The notes under the pieces: generated by a model | Database searches by the model: none | What the model was told of the DNA's origin: nothing | The model's input: only the letters and a program-made list of their open reading frames with translations | DNA from: a virus | IMG/VR virus record: IMGVR_UViG_3300040801_002948 | Coordinates: 1-64,000 of that record | DNA length: 64,000 nucleotides | Strand: one strand, 5' to 3' | Shown: positions 25,356 through 33,403 of the stretch, one piece after another | Position numbering within the stretch: the stretch's first letter is position 1 | How the letters are laid out: every line of letters starts with the position of its first letter | Translations under genes and position numbers: made by a program

Positions 25356-26791
25356 AAACCATTGCAGGCCTGAAGAAGTCCTTGATGGAAGACCGGTTTT
25401 TGCGGTTCTTCACTGAATTTTGGCCGGTCATTGTTGAGGACAAGCTAATAATGAACTGGCATATTGAATTTATCGCTGATGAACTTCAAAAAGTTGGGGA
25501 ATGGGTGATTAATAGGCAACCAAAGGAATACGACCTATTGATAAACGTGCCGCCGGGAAGCTCAAAGTCAACGCTTGCAAGCATTATGTTCCCGGTCTGG
25601 CTTTGGGTCAAAGACCCTTCTTTGCGGATAATTTCAGGAAGTCATTCGTCATCTTTGGCAATGCGCCACGCGGCACGGAGCCGGGACATTATCAGAAGTG
25701 AAAAATTTCAGTTCTATTTTGGCGAACGGTTTGAAATGCGCAAAGACTTTGACAGCAAAGGGTATTACATGAACACCCAAAAAGGCGAACGTCAGGTGAC
25801 TTCCGTGGGTGCAAACATTACCGGTTCACATGCGCATTTACTATTGGTTGATGACCCTATAAACGTCAAGGAAGTCATTAGTGAAACGATTCTTGAAACG
25901 GCTTGCAATTGGGTAGATAAGACCCTTTCAACGCGTGTTGTGGAAAAAAGCCAAGTGCCCACGGTTCAAATTATGCAACGCGCGGCGGGAAAAGACCCTT
26001 CCGGGGAATGGCTAAGGCAGGCAGAAAAGGAAGGGCGGCAAATCAGGCATCTTTGCATACCTTCAGAAGATAAATATAGGGTGAACCCGCCTGAACTTCG
26101 CAAGTATTACCAAAATGGCCTTATGGATGAAAAACGGCTTTCGCGTGAAGTCCTTGACGCTTTTCATGCAAAACTTGGTTCTGATGGCTACAGTGGGCAA
26201 TTTGGGCAAGATATCAAACCGCCGGGCGGCAACATTATCACAGAAGCCATGCTTCCTATTTTGGAATGGTTCAGCCTGCCAGACGCGGCAAAGGGCGTGA
26301 CAGTTAACTTTGTTATTGATAGCAGTGACAAAGAAAAAAGGCACAATGACCCTACAGGGTGCCTTGCTTATATCGCCGTGCAAGGCTATATTTTTATTTT
26401 GGATTACTTCAGCATAAGGGCCCGGTTTTCTCGCCGCTTACAAGCGCTTCAGGCTTTTGTTGAAAAGTACGGAAGCCCAAACAGCCGCGTTTATATAGAG
26501 CCGAAAAGTTCAGGCATTGCCATGTATCAATATTTGTCCGATAACACCAAGCTAAATGCGGAAGAATGGCAAATGTCAGAAGGTGACAAGGTGCGGCGGG
26601 CCCAAGCCATTACGCCTTTTTTAGAGCAAAACCGGGTCTTCCTAATGCGCGGGGCATGGAACCGGGACTTTATAACGGCTTGTACGGGCTTTCCAAAACT
26701 TGCACATGATGAAGAAGTTGATGTTTTGGTAATGGCAGTAACAAACGGCATAGTGCGCGGGGAAGAAAGCTACTATAATTTTTATGACTAA
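25352..26791 (+). CDS. terL: terminase large subunit
   Basis: Walker A-like NVPPGSSKSTLAS, Walker B HLLLVDDP. C-terminal RNaseH-like nuclease acidic motifs (FVIDSSD, HDEEVDVL). Confidence 0.85.
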   Translation: MKTIAGLKKSLMEDRFLRFFTEFWPVIVEDKLIMNWHIEFIADELQKVGEWVINRQPKEYDLLINVPPGSSKSTLASIMFPVWLWVKDPSLRIISGSHSSSLAMRHAARSRDIIRSEKFQFYFGERFEMRKDFDSKGYYMNTQKGERQVTSVGANITGSHAHLLLVDDPINVKEVISETILETACNWVDKTLSTRVVEKSQVPTVQIMQRAAGKDPSGEWLRQAEKEGRQIRHLCIPSEDKYRVNPPELRKYYQNGLMDEKRLSREVLDAFHAKLGSDGYSGQFGQDIKPPGGNIITEAMLPILEWFSLPDAAKGVTVNFVIDSSDKEKRHNDPTGCLAYIAVQGYIFILDYFSIRARFSRRLQALQAFVEKYGSPNSRVYIEPKSSGIAMYQYLSDNTKLNAEEWQMSEGDKVRRAQAITPFLEQNRVFLMRGAWNRDFITACTGFPKLAHDEEVDVLVMAVTNGIVRGEESYYNFYD

Positions 26792-26811
26792 TTTTGTAAA
26801 AACAACCAGCA

Positions 26812-27477
26812 ATGAACCAAGACAACCGGCAAGACCCTATAAAGATGGGCCTGAAGTTAGAAAGCGAAGTGTTTGAACTTGCGCAAAAAGATCAGGCAGA
26901 AGCTGTGAGCCATGCGCTTCAGGCAATTAGCCAAGCGCCAAGCCTGTTTATTTATTCGCCCCTGCCCTATGGCGTGTTATTTATGGGCGAAGCAATGAAG
27001 CCTTCAGAATGGCCTTACATTGACAAGCATATTGCTTTTGCAGTAGCCAACGCGGCGCGCACAGGTAACCTTCAGCCGCTCATTCAGGAATGGGAAAGCA
27101 AGGCACCGCACGCGTTTGTTTACTCAGCACTTTGGCAAGCGCTTCTTCCGGAACTGGAAGTGCAGGCCGGCAATAGTGACAGCAATAGTTTTGTTGAAGT
27201 GTGCGCGGCTTCCGCTGAACGTAGGCAAAATTTCTCTATAAAAGCCGCTGAACGCATTGTGCCGGGTGAAGTGCTGTCTTTCCGCCACATTGACCCTGAC
27301 CGGCTGGAAGTCCGCACAGAAGGGCTGAAATTAAGCCTGAAAGGAACGGTGGTAATGGGCACGCCGTTTGGCTGGACAATAGACGCTGAAATTGACGCGG
27401 CAATTGACATTGGCGTAAAAACCGGCTTTCCTTACGAACTCATTGAAGTTTATAGAGCTTTGCACCCTGAAAACTAA
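26812..27477 (+). CDS. hypothetical protein (221 aa)
   Basis: Clean ORF. Confidence 0.55.
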   Translation: MNQDNRQDPIKMGLKLESEVFELAQKDQAEAVSHALQAISQAPSLFIYSPLPYGVLFMGEAMKPSEWPYIDKHIAFAVANAARTGNLQPLIQEWESKAPHAFVYSALWQALLPELEVQAGNSDSNSFVEVCAASAERRQNFSIKAAERIVPGEVLSFRHIDPDRLEVRTEGLKLSLKGTVVMGTPFGWTIDAEIDAAIDIGVKTGFPYELIEVYRALHPEN

Positions 27478-27552
27478 TTACTATCTTTGTACAAATCAAT
27501 TTATTAACCGTTGCGCGGTTTTTACTTTGGTTTAATGGGATTATGAAGATAT

Positions 27553-27587
27553 GGCCGGTACTCATGAAGCGCCGGCCTTTTCTTTTT
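27553..27587 (+). terminator. intrinsic terminator
   Basis: GGCCGG...CCGGCC stem followed by TTTTCTTTTT. Confidence 0.6.
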
Positions 27588-27598
27588 GCATCTTTTTG

Positions 27599-27666
27599 CT
27601 AAATTATTTGGTACTCTGAACATCTTGCTTTACCTTTATGGCATCGTTAACAACAAACCGAACGTC
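27599..27666 (+). promoter_or_regulatory. promoter-leader element, slightly decayed copy
   Basis: CTAAATTATTTGG, TACCTTTA, GGCATCGTTAACAACAAACCGAACGTC, ATG at 27667. Confidence 0.55.
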
Positions 27667-27915
27667 ATGAAAAATTACAGCGCCTTAGTAAAAAGCAAAG
27701 AAAAGCGGATTTTAACCGCAAAAGGGAATAAGTTTGTTTGGCGCTGCATTGACGTTGCAGCAGAACAGCGGGGCTTGAACCGTTATTCAAAAGAACTGAA
27801 TCCGCTGAAGGAAAAGCTTCGCAATTTGTTGCACCACTTGATAATTGATAAAGGGCTTTCAGCCACTGAAATAAAAGCGATTATCAAAGAAAGTTGCAAT
27901 CTTTTTGCCAAATAA
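27667..27915 (+). CDS. hypothetical protein (82 aa)
   Basis: Cassette ORF. The stop TAA is the centre of the next palindrome (27908-27920). Confidence 0.6.
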   Translation: MKNYSALVKSKEKRILTAKGNKFVWRCIDVAAEQRGLNRYSKELNPLKEKLRNLLHHLIIDKGLSATEIKAIIKESCNLFAK

Positions 27916-27975
27916 TTTGGTATTTACGAATAAGCGCTGTATATTTGAACCATCGTTAACAACAAACCGAACGTC
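27908..27975 (+). promoter_or_regulatory. promoter-leader element, full copy
   Basis: CCAAATAATTTGG, TATATTTG, AACCATCGTTAACAACAAACCGAACGTC, ATG at 27976. Confidence 0.7.
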
Positions 27976-28308
27976 ATGAAAAAGTCAATCGAAAATAAGG
28001 CTATCATTGAAGCACTGAAGGAAGTAGCAACTGACGGCTGGAAAGACAGCGCCACACATGCCACAATGGAAGCGGCGCTTGTGGCTGTGAACTATGCTTC
28101 AGGCATAAATTCAGGTTGGTACAATCCTAAAGCCGTAAAAGTGGAAGGGCTGGAAGGTTTTTTCATGGTCAATGAAAACGGCGGGCTTTGGTATGAATCA
28201 AGAATCATTGAAGCTTCAAACGGCTTCACTATTCAAAACATGACGCTAAAGGCGTTTAACGAATTTGAAGCAAATCTTGGTAAGCACCTTGACCGGCTTG
28301 AAAAATAA
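27976..28308 (+). CDS. hypothetical protein (110 aa)
   Basis: Cassette ORF. Confidence 0.6.
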   Translation: MKKSIENKAIIEALKEVATDGWKDSATHATMEAALVAVNYASGINSGWYNPKAVKVEGLEGFFMVNENGGLWYESRIIEASNGFTIQNMTLKAFNEFEANLGKHLDRLEK

Positions 28309-28323
28309 ACTTCAATCTTTTTG

Positions 28324-28394
28324 CCAAATAATTTGGCGCTTTCATTTACTTGCCGTATATTTGAACCATCGTTAACAACAAAACCACACAGACA
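28324..28394 (+). promoter_or_regulatory. promoter-leader element, full copy (consensus-like)
   Basis: CCAAATAATTTGG at 28324-28336, N20, TATATTTG at 28356-28363, AACCATCGTTAACAACAAAACCACACAGACA, ATG at 28395. Confidence 0.75.
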
Positions 28395-28790
28395 ATGACA
28401 GCTTCAATCAAAGTAGGCAGCAAAATCCGGGCAAAAGTCACTTCTTCTTCATCTTTTTACCTTGAAGTAGAAGGCAACGTCACCGCCATCAACGGCGCGC
28501 GCATTTCCATCCAAGCTACTATGGTAAAAGACCGCTACTCTAAGGAATGGAAGCAGCACCCAACGTCATGCGCTATGAACGTAAGGGAGGAAAATGCAAC
28601 GCTGATTGAAGCGGAAGGCGCGCCGGAAAGCACCGGTGAAATGCTTCAGCAGGTTGTTGCCGCGTTCCTGCCTGCCACGCGGGTAATGAACCAAGGCGAA
28701 CTTACCGCGCACATTCAGAAGATGGGCTATAGCCGGGCCTTTGCGGCTAAGCTTTCAAAAATGTGCTTCCTGAAAGCGCAAGGCAAGTAA
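28395..28790 (+). CDS. hypothetical protein (131 aa)
   Basis: Cassette ORF. Confidence 0.6.
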   Translation: MTASIKVGSKIRAKVTSSSSFYLEVEGNVTAINGARISIQATMVKDRYSKEWKQHPTSCAMNVREENATLIEAEGAPESTGEMLQQVVAAFLPATRVMNQGELTAHIQKMGYSRAFAAKLSKMCFLKAQGK

Positions 28791-28798
28791 AACAGGAA

Positions 28799-28840
28799 GC
28801 CCGGCAAGCGCTACCAAAAGCCATGGCGGGCAACTTTTTT
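28799..28840 (+). terminator. intrinsic terminator (family with 30659 and 31561)
   Basis: GCCCGGC...GGCGGGC stem (one mismatch) followed by AACTTTTTT. Confidence 0.5.
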
Positions 28841-28851
28841 CATCTTTTTCG

Positions 28852-28923
28852 CCAAATTATTTGGTATTTACAATAAAGCCCCGTATATTTGAACCATCGT
28901 TAACAGCAAAACACCACACACAC
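28852..28923 (+). promoter_or_regulatory. promoter-leader element, full copy
   Basis: CCAAATTATTTGG, TATATTTG, AACCATCGTTAACAGCAAAACACCACACACAC, ATG at 28924. Confidence 0.7.
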
Positions 28924-29175
28924 ATGAGAACGAAAATCACAGAAATCCGCGTAGTAATCACAACCAAGGCCCCTTTCCACGTGTGGGCCAAGTATGACAA
29001 CGGACTTCGCAAGTACGAAGGCTTTGACGTTGCTGAAACCGTTGAGGCGGCACATGAGCGCGCCCGCGAATTGGCAACCACGCTAAACGCGGACTTCCGT
29101 AGCGTGACAGACACCGTGAATGTTTCAGTATATGGCACTGACGGCGCTGAAACCAAAAGCAGCTACCGCGTTTAA
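28924..29175 (+). CDS. hypothetical protein (83 aa)
   Basis: Cassette ORF. The ORF-track extension from 28861 is a translation of the element. Confidence 0.6.
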   Translation: MRTKITEIRVVITTKAPFHVWAKYDNGLRKYEGFDVAETVEAAHERARELATTLNADFRSVTDTVNVSVYGTDGAETKSSYRV

Positions 29176-29184
29176 TGGGAAAAT

Positions 29185-29224
29185 AAGCCTGAAGGCATAA
29201 AAGGCCCTTCAGGCTTATTTCTTC
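29185..29224 (+). terminator. intrinsic terminator
   Basis: AAGCCTGAAGG / CCTTCAGGCTT 11-bp stem followed by ATTTCTTC. Confidence 0.6.
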
Positions 29225-29240
29225 ATTAAAATCACACAGC

Positions 29241-29453
29241 ATGTTTAAGCAGAAAAACGGCCTGCAAAAAGCGGGCGTTATTGTCATGATTCTTGGCGTT
29301 GTAGGCTTTTTGGTTTCAAATCAATTTGCGCTTTATCCGGGCGTTCAGTTCAAAGGCTACCTTGTGGCCACTGTTTTTGTCCTTGGCGGCCTTTTGATTA
29401 AAATCCAAGGGGACAACCAAGAAAAGAGCAAAAAAGGCTTTGACAACGAATAA
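29241..29453 (+). CDS. small 2-TM membrane protein (70 aa), holin-like topology
   Basis: TM segments AGVIVMILGVVGFLV and YLVATVFVLGGLLIKI. Charged C-terminal tail. ATG preceded by AAAATCACACAGC. Confidence 0.5.
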   Translation: MFKQKNGLQKAGVIVMILGVVGFLVSNQFALYPGVQFKGYLVATVFVLGGLLIKIQGDNQEKSKKGFDNE

Positions 29454-29500
29454 AAGCCTATATTAAGCGGTGAAGCTTACAGCTTTACCGTTGGCATAGT

Positions 29501-29541
29501 GCCCCGCATTACAAAAGAGTATTGCCGGGGCGCTTTTTTTT
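29501..29541 (+). terminator. intrinsic terminator
   Basis: GCCCCG...CGGGGC stem followed by GCTTTTTTTT. Confidence 0.6.
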
Positions 29542-29551
29542 CATCTTTTCG

Positions 29552-29622
29552 CCAAATTATTTGGTAATTACGAACAAGCGCTTTATATTTGTACCATCGT
29601 TAACAACAAAACCACACAGACA
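29552..29622 (+). promoter_or_regulatory. promoter-leader element, full copy
   Basis: CCAAATTATTTGG, TATATTTG, TACCATCGTTAACAACAAAACCACACAGACA, ATG at 29623. Confidence 0.7.
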
Positions 29623-29910
29623 ATGAAAAAGGCAACATTCCCAAAGCAGATGACAGAGCGCGGCCAAAAGTGGGCGGGCGTTCCCGTAGTCAAAACGATC
29701 ATTATCCGCGAAAGCGGCAACAAAGTTTTCAAGCCTTCAAAAGAAATCCCTTGCGCGGGTTGGTGGCTGTCATTCCTTGAAGAAAACGGTTTCTTCCGGC
29801 GCATGATTCAGGGGCGCATTGTAGGCACTACCACGGTACTTTGGGAAAATAACGAAGGTCAGCGCTTCCGCACTGACTTTGGCGCGGAAATGGAAGATAT
29901 TGAAGGCTAA
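29623..29910 (+). CDS. hypothetical protein (95 aa)
   Basis: Cassette ORF. Confidence 0.6.
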   Translation: MKKATFPKQMTERGQKWAGVPVVKTIIIRESGNKVFKPSKEIPCAGWWLSFLEENGFFRRMIQGRIVGTTTVLWENNEGQRFRTDFGAEMEDIEG

Positions 29911-29918
29911 AGGAACCT

Positions 29919-29950
29919 GCCCGGCGCTTGATAGGTGCCGGGCTTTATTT
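29919..29950 (+). terminator. intrinsic terminator; hairpin core identical to 33817-33843
   Basis: GCCCGGCGC-TTGATAG-GTGCCGGGC followed by TTTATTTT. Confidence 0.65.
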
Positions 29951-29962
29951 TAAATATTCAAG

Positions 29963-30020
29963 CCAAATGTCTTGGAATCCAAAATAAATGGCTTATTTTC
30001 GCATTAAATAAACCACACAG
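29963..30020 (+). promoter_or_regulatory. decayed promoter copy
   Basis: CCAAATGTCTTGG, N19, TATTTTCG, leader CATTAAATAAACCACACAG, ATG at 30021. Confidence 0.35.
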
Positions 30021-30224
30021 ATGAAAAAAGAGACATCAAGACGAATGAAAGCGGCCGCCGCTTGGGCCGAATCTGACGCTTTTGCACGTTGGCAAGCGTA
30101 TCAGCGGAAGCGGCCCACATGGTCAAACCCTACACACCCGAACCATGACAAATGGGTAGTTAGGAAAAACAAAGCTCTAAGGGCAAAAAGGGCTATTTAC
30201 CGGAAGCACAATATTTTAATTTGA
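30021..30224 (+). CDS. hypothetical basic protein (67 aa)
   Basis: ATG after AAACCACACAG. Confidence 0.5.
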   Translation: MKKETSRRMKAAAAWAESDAFARWQAYQRKRPTWSNPTHPNHDKWVVRKNKALRAKRAIYRKHNILI

Positions 30225-30409
30225 TACCCTACAAAGTCCGGCTTCAAGCCTTGGTGCGGGCGCTTTCTGTGTTCGTGTCAAAGCTTGAAGTTTTTATCAG
30301 CCAACACGAAGCCCAAAGCCCAACGGTTGCGGGTATTTTATCAAACATCAAAAGTCAAATTCAAAATGGCATCAGCAAAATCAACGAAGAAGCAAAGAAC
30401 GAAAAGTAA
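30221..30409 (+). CDS. doubtful ORF (62 aa, TTG start)
   Basis: No ATG start. Overlaps the 30366 ORF by 44 nt. Kept only because it fills an otherwise non-coding 140 nt. Confidence 0.2.
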   Translation: MIPYKVRLQALVRALSVFVSKLEVFISQHEAQSPTVAGILSNIKSQIQNGISKINEEAKNEK

Positions 30410-30653
30410 AGCGCCGGAAAAAGGGCGGTTTGTGCCACTTGCCACGGCGGCGGCTCAATACCATGACCTAATAGCGCAAAAACTAAAGGAAATGGGAAGA
30501 AACCCTTCTTCAATCGGTTCTGTGGCTTCAGACCCTATCAAAAGCAGCACGTTTCAGAACATGAAGCACGGGCAAGCCAGCGCGCCCACAATTGCAAAGG
30601 TGGAAGCGTGGCTTGGGAAAAAGCCTTCTGAAGTCTACCTGAAAATACAGTAA
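30366..30653 (+). CDS. small basic protein with XRE/Cro-like HTH C-terminus (putative regulator)
   Basis: The internal ATG was chosen. K-rich N-terminus. ...SSIGSVASDPIKSSTFQNMKHGQASAPTIAKVEAWLG resembles an HTH. Confidence 0.4.
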   Translation: MASAKSTKKQRTKSKAPEKGRFVPLATAAAQYHDLIAQKLKEMGRNPSSIGSVASDPIKSSTFQNMKHGQASAPTIAKVEAWLGKKPSEVYLKIQ

Positions 30654-30658
30654 TTCAG

Positions 30659-30698
30659 GCCCGGCCCGCCATGAAAAGCAAAGCCGGGCATTTTTTTT
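30659..30698 (+). terminator. intrinsic terminator (near-identical to 31561)
   Basis: GCCCGGC-CCGCCATGAAAAGCAAA-GCCGGGC followed by ATTTTTTTT. Confidence 0.7.
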
Positions 30699-30709
30699 GC
30701 ATCTTTTCG

Positions 30710-30779
30710 CCAAATAATTTGGCTTTTACATTTACTTCCTGTATATTTGAACCATCGTTAACAGCAAAACACCACACAC
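30710..30779 (+). promoter_or_regulatory. promoter-leader element, full copy
   Basis: CCAAATAATTTGG, TATATTTG, AACCATCGTTAACAGCAAAACACCACACAC, ATG at 30780. Confidence 0.7.
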
Positions 30780-31064
30780 ATGAAAAAGCAGGAATTCCAA
30801 GCAAAGGCAGAAAAGCAGGTTCAAGATTTTCTAAAGGCTTTTAATCAGGGGCAAATAGTTCTTGGCGGAAAGGTCTTCACCTTTGAAAGTGCCGGGAAGT
30901 ACAGCGTTTGCATAAAAGGCGAACGTGGCGCTTCTTACAGGGTTTCACCGTGCCCGAATTGCACAGTGGACGGTAATAAAGAATTAGCTGTTTACACTAT
31001 CAGCCGCAATTCGCGCGCTGTAGACTTTACTTTGATTAACGGGAAATACACTGAATTAAAATAA
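30780..31064 (+). CDS. hypothetical protein (94 aa)
   Basis: Cassette ORF. Contains CPNC. Confidence 0.6.
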   Translation: MKKQEFQAKAEKQVQDFLKAFNQGQIVLGGKVFTFESAGKYSVCIKGERGASYRVSPCPNCTVDGNKELAVYTISRNSRAVDFTLINGKYTELK

Positions 31065-31069
31065 AGTTG

Positions 31070-31137
31070 CCAAATTATTTGGCACTTTCGATTGCTTGCC
31101 CTATCTTTGAAACATCGTTAACAACAAACCGCAAGAC
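31070..31137 (+). promoter_or_regulatory. promoter-leader element, full copy
   Basis: CCAAATTATTTGG, TATCTTTG, AAACATCGTTAACAACAAACCGCAAGAC, ATG at 31138. Confidence 0.7.
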
Positions 31138-31554
31138 ATGCCACACATTCACTTTTCTTGGAAGACTTCAAAAACTGCAAACGGCTTTCAGTTCACAGTT
31201 AGCCTTAACCAATCACTAAGCGCGCCAAACGCAGAAGGCCGCTATGTGAACACTAAAGTAATTAAAACCGGCACGCTGCCCACGCGGGCCCGCGCAAAGA
31301 CAATGGCGCAAAAGTGGGTCAGGTTCTTTAAGTGGGAATGGAAAATTCGCCTTGAAGCGGCTGAAGAAGACCTTCAGATTTTAGAGCAAAGCGGCGCTTC
31401 AGGAATAACCGGTACAAACCGGGGCACTGTCATGACAAGCTTTGACGATGGCGTTTACTTGTTCCGGGCGCAAAACAATTTCTTCCTTCAGTCATCAGAC
31501 CGCCAAAAAGCACTGATGGCGCTTGCAGAAGTGTATATTGTAATGCGGGACTAA
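31138..31554 (+). CDS. hypothetical protein (138 aa)
   Basis: Cassette ORF. Confidence 0.6.
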   Translation: MPHIHFSWKTSKTANGFQFTVSLNQSLSAPNAEGRYVNTKVIKTGTLPTRARAKTMAQKWVRFFKWEWKIRLEAAEEDLQILEQSGASGITGTNRGTVMTSFDDGVYLFRAQNNFFLQSSDRQKALMALAEVYIVMRD

Positions 31555-31560
31555 ACGCAA

Positions 31561-31600
31561 GCCCGGCACGCCACGAAAAGCAAAGCCGGGCAACTTTTCT
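31561..31600 (+). terminator. terminator hairpin (near-identical to 30659)
   Basis: GCCCGGC-ACGCCACGAAAAGCAAA-GCCGGGC followed by AACTTTTCTT (weak T-run). Confidence 0.5.
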
Positions 31601-31612
31601 TACATTATCTTG

Positions 31613-31682
31613 CCAAATTATTTGGTAATTACAATTGAGCGCCGTATATTTGAACTATCGTTAACAGCAAAAGAAAGACATT
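31613..31682 (+). promoter_or_regulatory. promoter-leader element, full copy
   Basis: CCAAATTATTTGG, TATATTTG, AACTATCGTTAACAGCAAAAGAAAGACATT, ATG at 31683. Confidence 0.7.
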
Positions 31683-32033
31683 ATGTTTACAATCAATGAC
31701 CCGCGTTTCACAGACCCTTCAAAGAAAGCACAATTGGAAGCAGACCTGAAGCGGATAGCCGCTTACCTTGAGCGCACAGAAGCGTTTCAGGAAAGCTTGC
31801 GCGCTCAAGCGCCAAAGCGCCCGGAAGCGCCAAAGGTCGAATGGCAGGACTTTGAAGGCACTGAAGTTTTGCGCAAAGGCGCTGACGGCCGTTTTTTGGC
31901 TGTTCCTGCGAATGGCCGCAAATCTTGCCGCACTTATGCAATCATTGACACGCAAGACCGGTCAGATATCTTTTGCCAAGTATCTAAGGCCGAAGTTTAC
32001 AACTGGCTTGCAACTGCTAATGAAGATTTTTAA
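31683..32033 (+). CDS. hypothetical protein (116 aa)
   Basis: Cassette ORF. Confidence 0.6.
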   Translation: MFTINDPRFTDPSKKAQLEADLKRIAAYLERTEAFQESLRAQAPKRPEAPKVEWQDFEGTEVLRKGADGRFLAVPANGRKSCRTYAIIDTQDRSDIFCQVSKAEVYNWLATANEDF

Positions 32034-32053
32034 CACTTTCAAACCATACAGAC

Positions 32054-32314
32054 ATGAGCAAAGAAGAATTTGAAGCTTTAGACCCTAACAGCCCAAAGGC
32101 TAAAGCAATGCGAAAAAACGCTGAAGAAGCGGGCAAGAAAGGCTACCTTGCTAAGGTCAAGGAACGTAAAACAAAGAAGCGGCGCTTGATTCAGAAAGGA
32201 GGCGTTAACACAAAGACCGGCGAGTTTAAGCCGGAAGAAACGCTGAAAGTAAAGGGCGGCTTTAAAACCCGCATAAGGGCCCGCTTCTTCAGGGACAAAA
32301 CAGAAGAAGAATAA
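32054..32314 (+). CDS. very basic small protein (86 aa)
   Basis: About 30% K/R. ATG preceded by CAAACCATACAGAC. Confidence 0.55.
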   Translation: MSKEEFEALDPNSPKAKAMRKNAEEAGKKGYLAKVKERKTKKRRLIQKGGVNTKTGEFKPEETLKVKGGFKTRIRARFFRDKTEEE

Positions 32315-32335
32315 ACGGTTTGTTTTAGGTTGTTA

Positions 32336-32369
32336 GGCCCGCACAGAAGCGCTGTGTGGGCCTTTTTTT
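32336..32369 (+). terminator. intrinsic terminator
   Basis: GGCCCGCACAG / CTGTGTGGGCC stem (one mismatch) followed by TTTTTTT. Confidence 0.7.
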
Positions 32370-32382
32370 GTATATTGGTGGC

Positions 32383-33036
32383 ATGGCAAAGCAAATTGTA
32401 TTTTTGGACGCGGGGCACGGCGGAATTGACCCGAACACGGGGCAATATACCACGGCCCCAAGCAAAATGTTCAGGTTTGACCCTGACCAACTGGAAGCCC
32501 ACGGTGACGGCTATATTTATGAAGGCGTTTTGAACCGGGCTATCTGTGATTTTATGGCCTATCATTTGCGGAATTTGGGAATTTTAGTTTTCCCGGTTTA
32601 TGACGCTGTTGAAGATACGGCGCTTGATACGCGGGTAAGTATGGCAAACGCTGTATTTGCTTCAATGGGCCCTTCTGACGCGGGTTTATTTGTTTCTGAA
32701 CATTGCAACGCTTCAAGGGCGCATAATGCTTCAGGATTTGAAATATTCACTTCGCCGGGCAATACAAAATCAGACCGGGCAGCAGATTTTATTTATACGC
32801 AAGTTGGGGCCTTGGTGCCTTCTTTGCGGAAGCGCCCTGACTACAGTGACGGCGATGCAGATAAAGAAGCTTTTTTTAAAGTATTGGTTGAAACAGCTTT
32901 GCCGGCCGTACTTATTGAAAATGGGTTTATGGACTTTTTGAAAGACGCTGAGCGTTTATTAAACCCTTCCTTCCTAAATTTAATGGCACAAGCCAAAGCA
33001 ATTGGAATCTTCAAATATTTTGCAACTATCAAATAA
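32383..33036 (+). CDS. N-acetylmuramoyl-L-alanine amidase (Amidase_3-type endolysin)
   Basis: FLDAGHGGIDPNTG, VSEHCNAS and AVLIENGFMDF match the MurNAc-LAA zinc-ligand pattern. Confidence 0.85.
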   Translation: MAKQIVFLDAGHGGIDPNTGQYTTAPSKMFRFDPDQLEAHGDGYIYEGVLNRAICDFMAYHLRNLGILVFPVYDAVEDTALDTRVSMANAVFASMGPSDAGLFVSEHCNASRAHNASGFEIFTSPGNTKSDRAADFIYTQVGALVPSLRKRPDYSDGDADKEAFFKVLVETALPAVLIENGFMDFLKDAERLLNPSFLNLMAQAKAIGIFKYFATIK

Positions 33037-33092
33037 TTTGCATAAATTGCCGCTTTAGTCCATTACACACTATATCCAAGCACTGCCCAAGT

Positions 33093-33124
33093 CCTGAAAT
33101 TAAACCTTCAGGGCTTTTTTTTTG
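33093..33124 (+). terminator. intrinsic terminator
   Basis: CCTGAA/TTCAGG stem followed by GCTTTTTTTTT. Confidence 0.5.
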
Positions 33125-33134
33125 CATCTTTTTG

Positions 33135-33205
33135 CCAAATAATTTGGCGCTTTCGTTTACTTCCTTTATATTTGTACCATCGTTAACAACAAAACCACAC
33201 AGACA
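33135..33205 (+). promoter_or_regulatory. promoter-leader element, full copy
   Basis: CCAAATAATTTGG, TATATTTG, TACCATCGTTAACAACAAAACCACACAGACA, ATG at 33206. Confidence 0.7.
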
Positions 33206-33397
33206 ATGAAAAAGTCATTAACAGAGTTGGAAGAAAAAGCGGCACAGATTGCAGAAAAGCACCCAAAGACAAAAGCCAAGGTTATCTTCAGCCCGTGGGC
33301 GCATGGCTACTTTATTGAAGTTGCCACAGTAGACCAAGCAAAAGCGCTGAGCGAAATTCATAAAGGCTTCCGCTTTTCTTCCGGTTCTTATCAATAA
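33206..33397 (+). CDS. hypothetical protein (63 aa)
   Basis: Cassette ORF. Confidence 0.55.
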   Translation: MKKSLTELEEKAAQIAEKHPKTKAKVIFSPWAHGYFIEVATVDQAKALSEIHKGFRFSSGSYQ

Positions 33398-33403
33398 TAC
33401 AAA

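Noticed and set aside
28857-29156. Minus-strand ORFs contain ..CGF(A/V)VNDGSNIRR.. (8127-8327, 28857-29156, 29583-29804, 33454-33858, 35359-35547).
   Set aside because: They are reverse-strand translations of the same repeated element extended into antisense coding sequence. They have no start context of their own and fully overlap better + strand genes.
30285-30365. An N-terminal extension (TTG start) of the HTH-like ORF gives a 122-aa protein.
   Set aside because: It has a non-ATG start and lacks the start context. The internal ATG at 30366 gives a compact basic-plus-HTH protein. The true start remains uncertain.
32363-32382. TATATTGG lies 6 nt upstream of the amidase ATG, suggesting a promoter for a leaderless endolysin mRNA.
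   Set aside because: The box deviates from TAnnTTTG, and no TTTG lies at the right distance because the upstream sequence is the terminator T-run.
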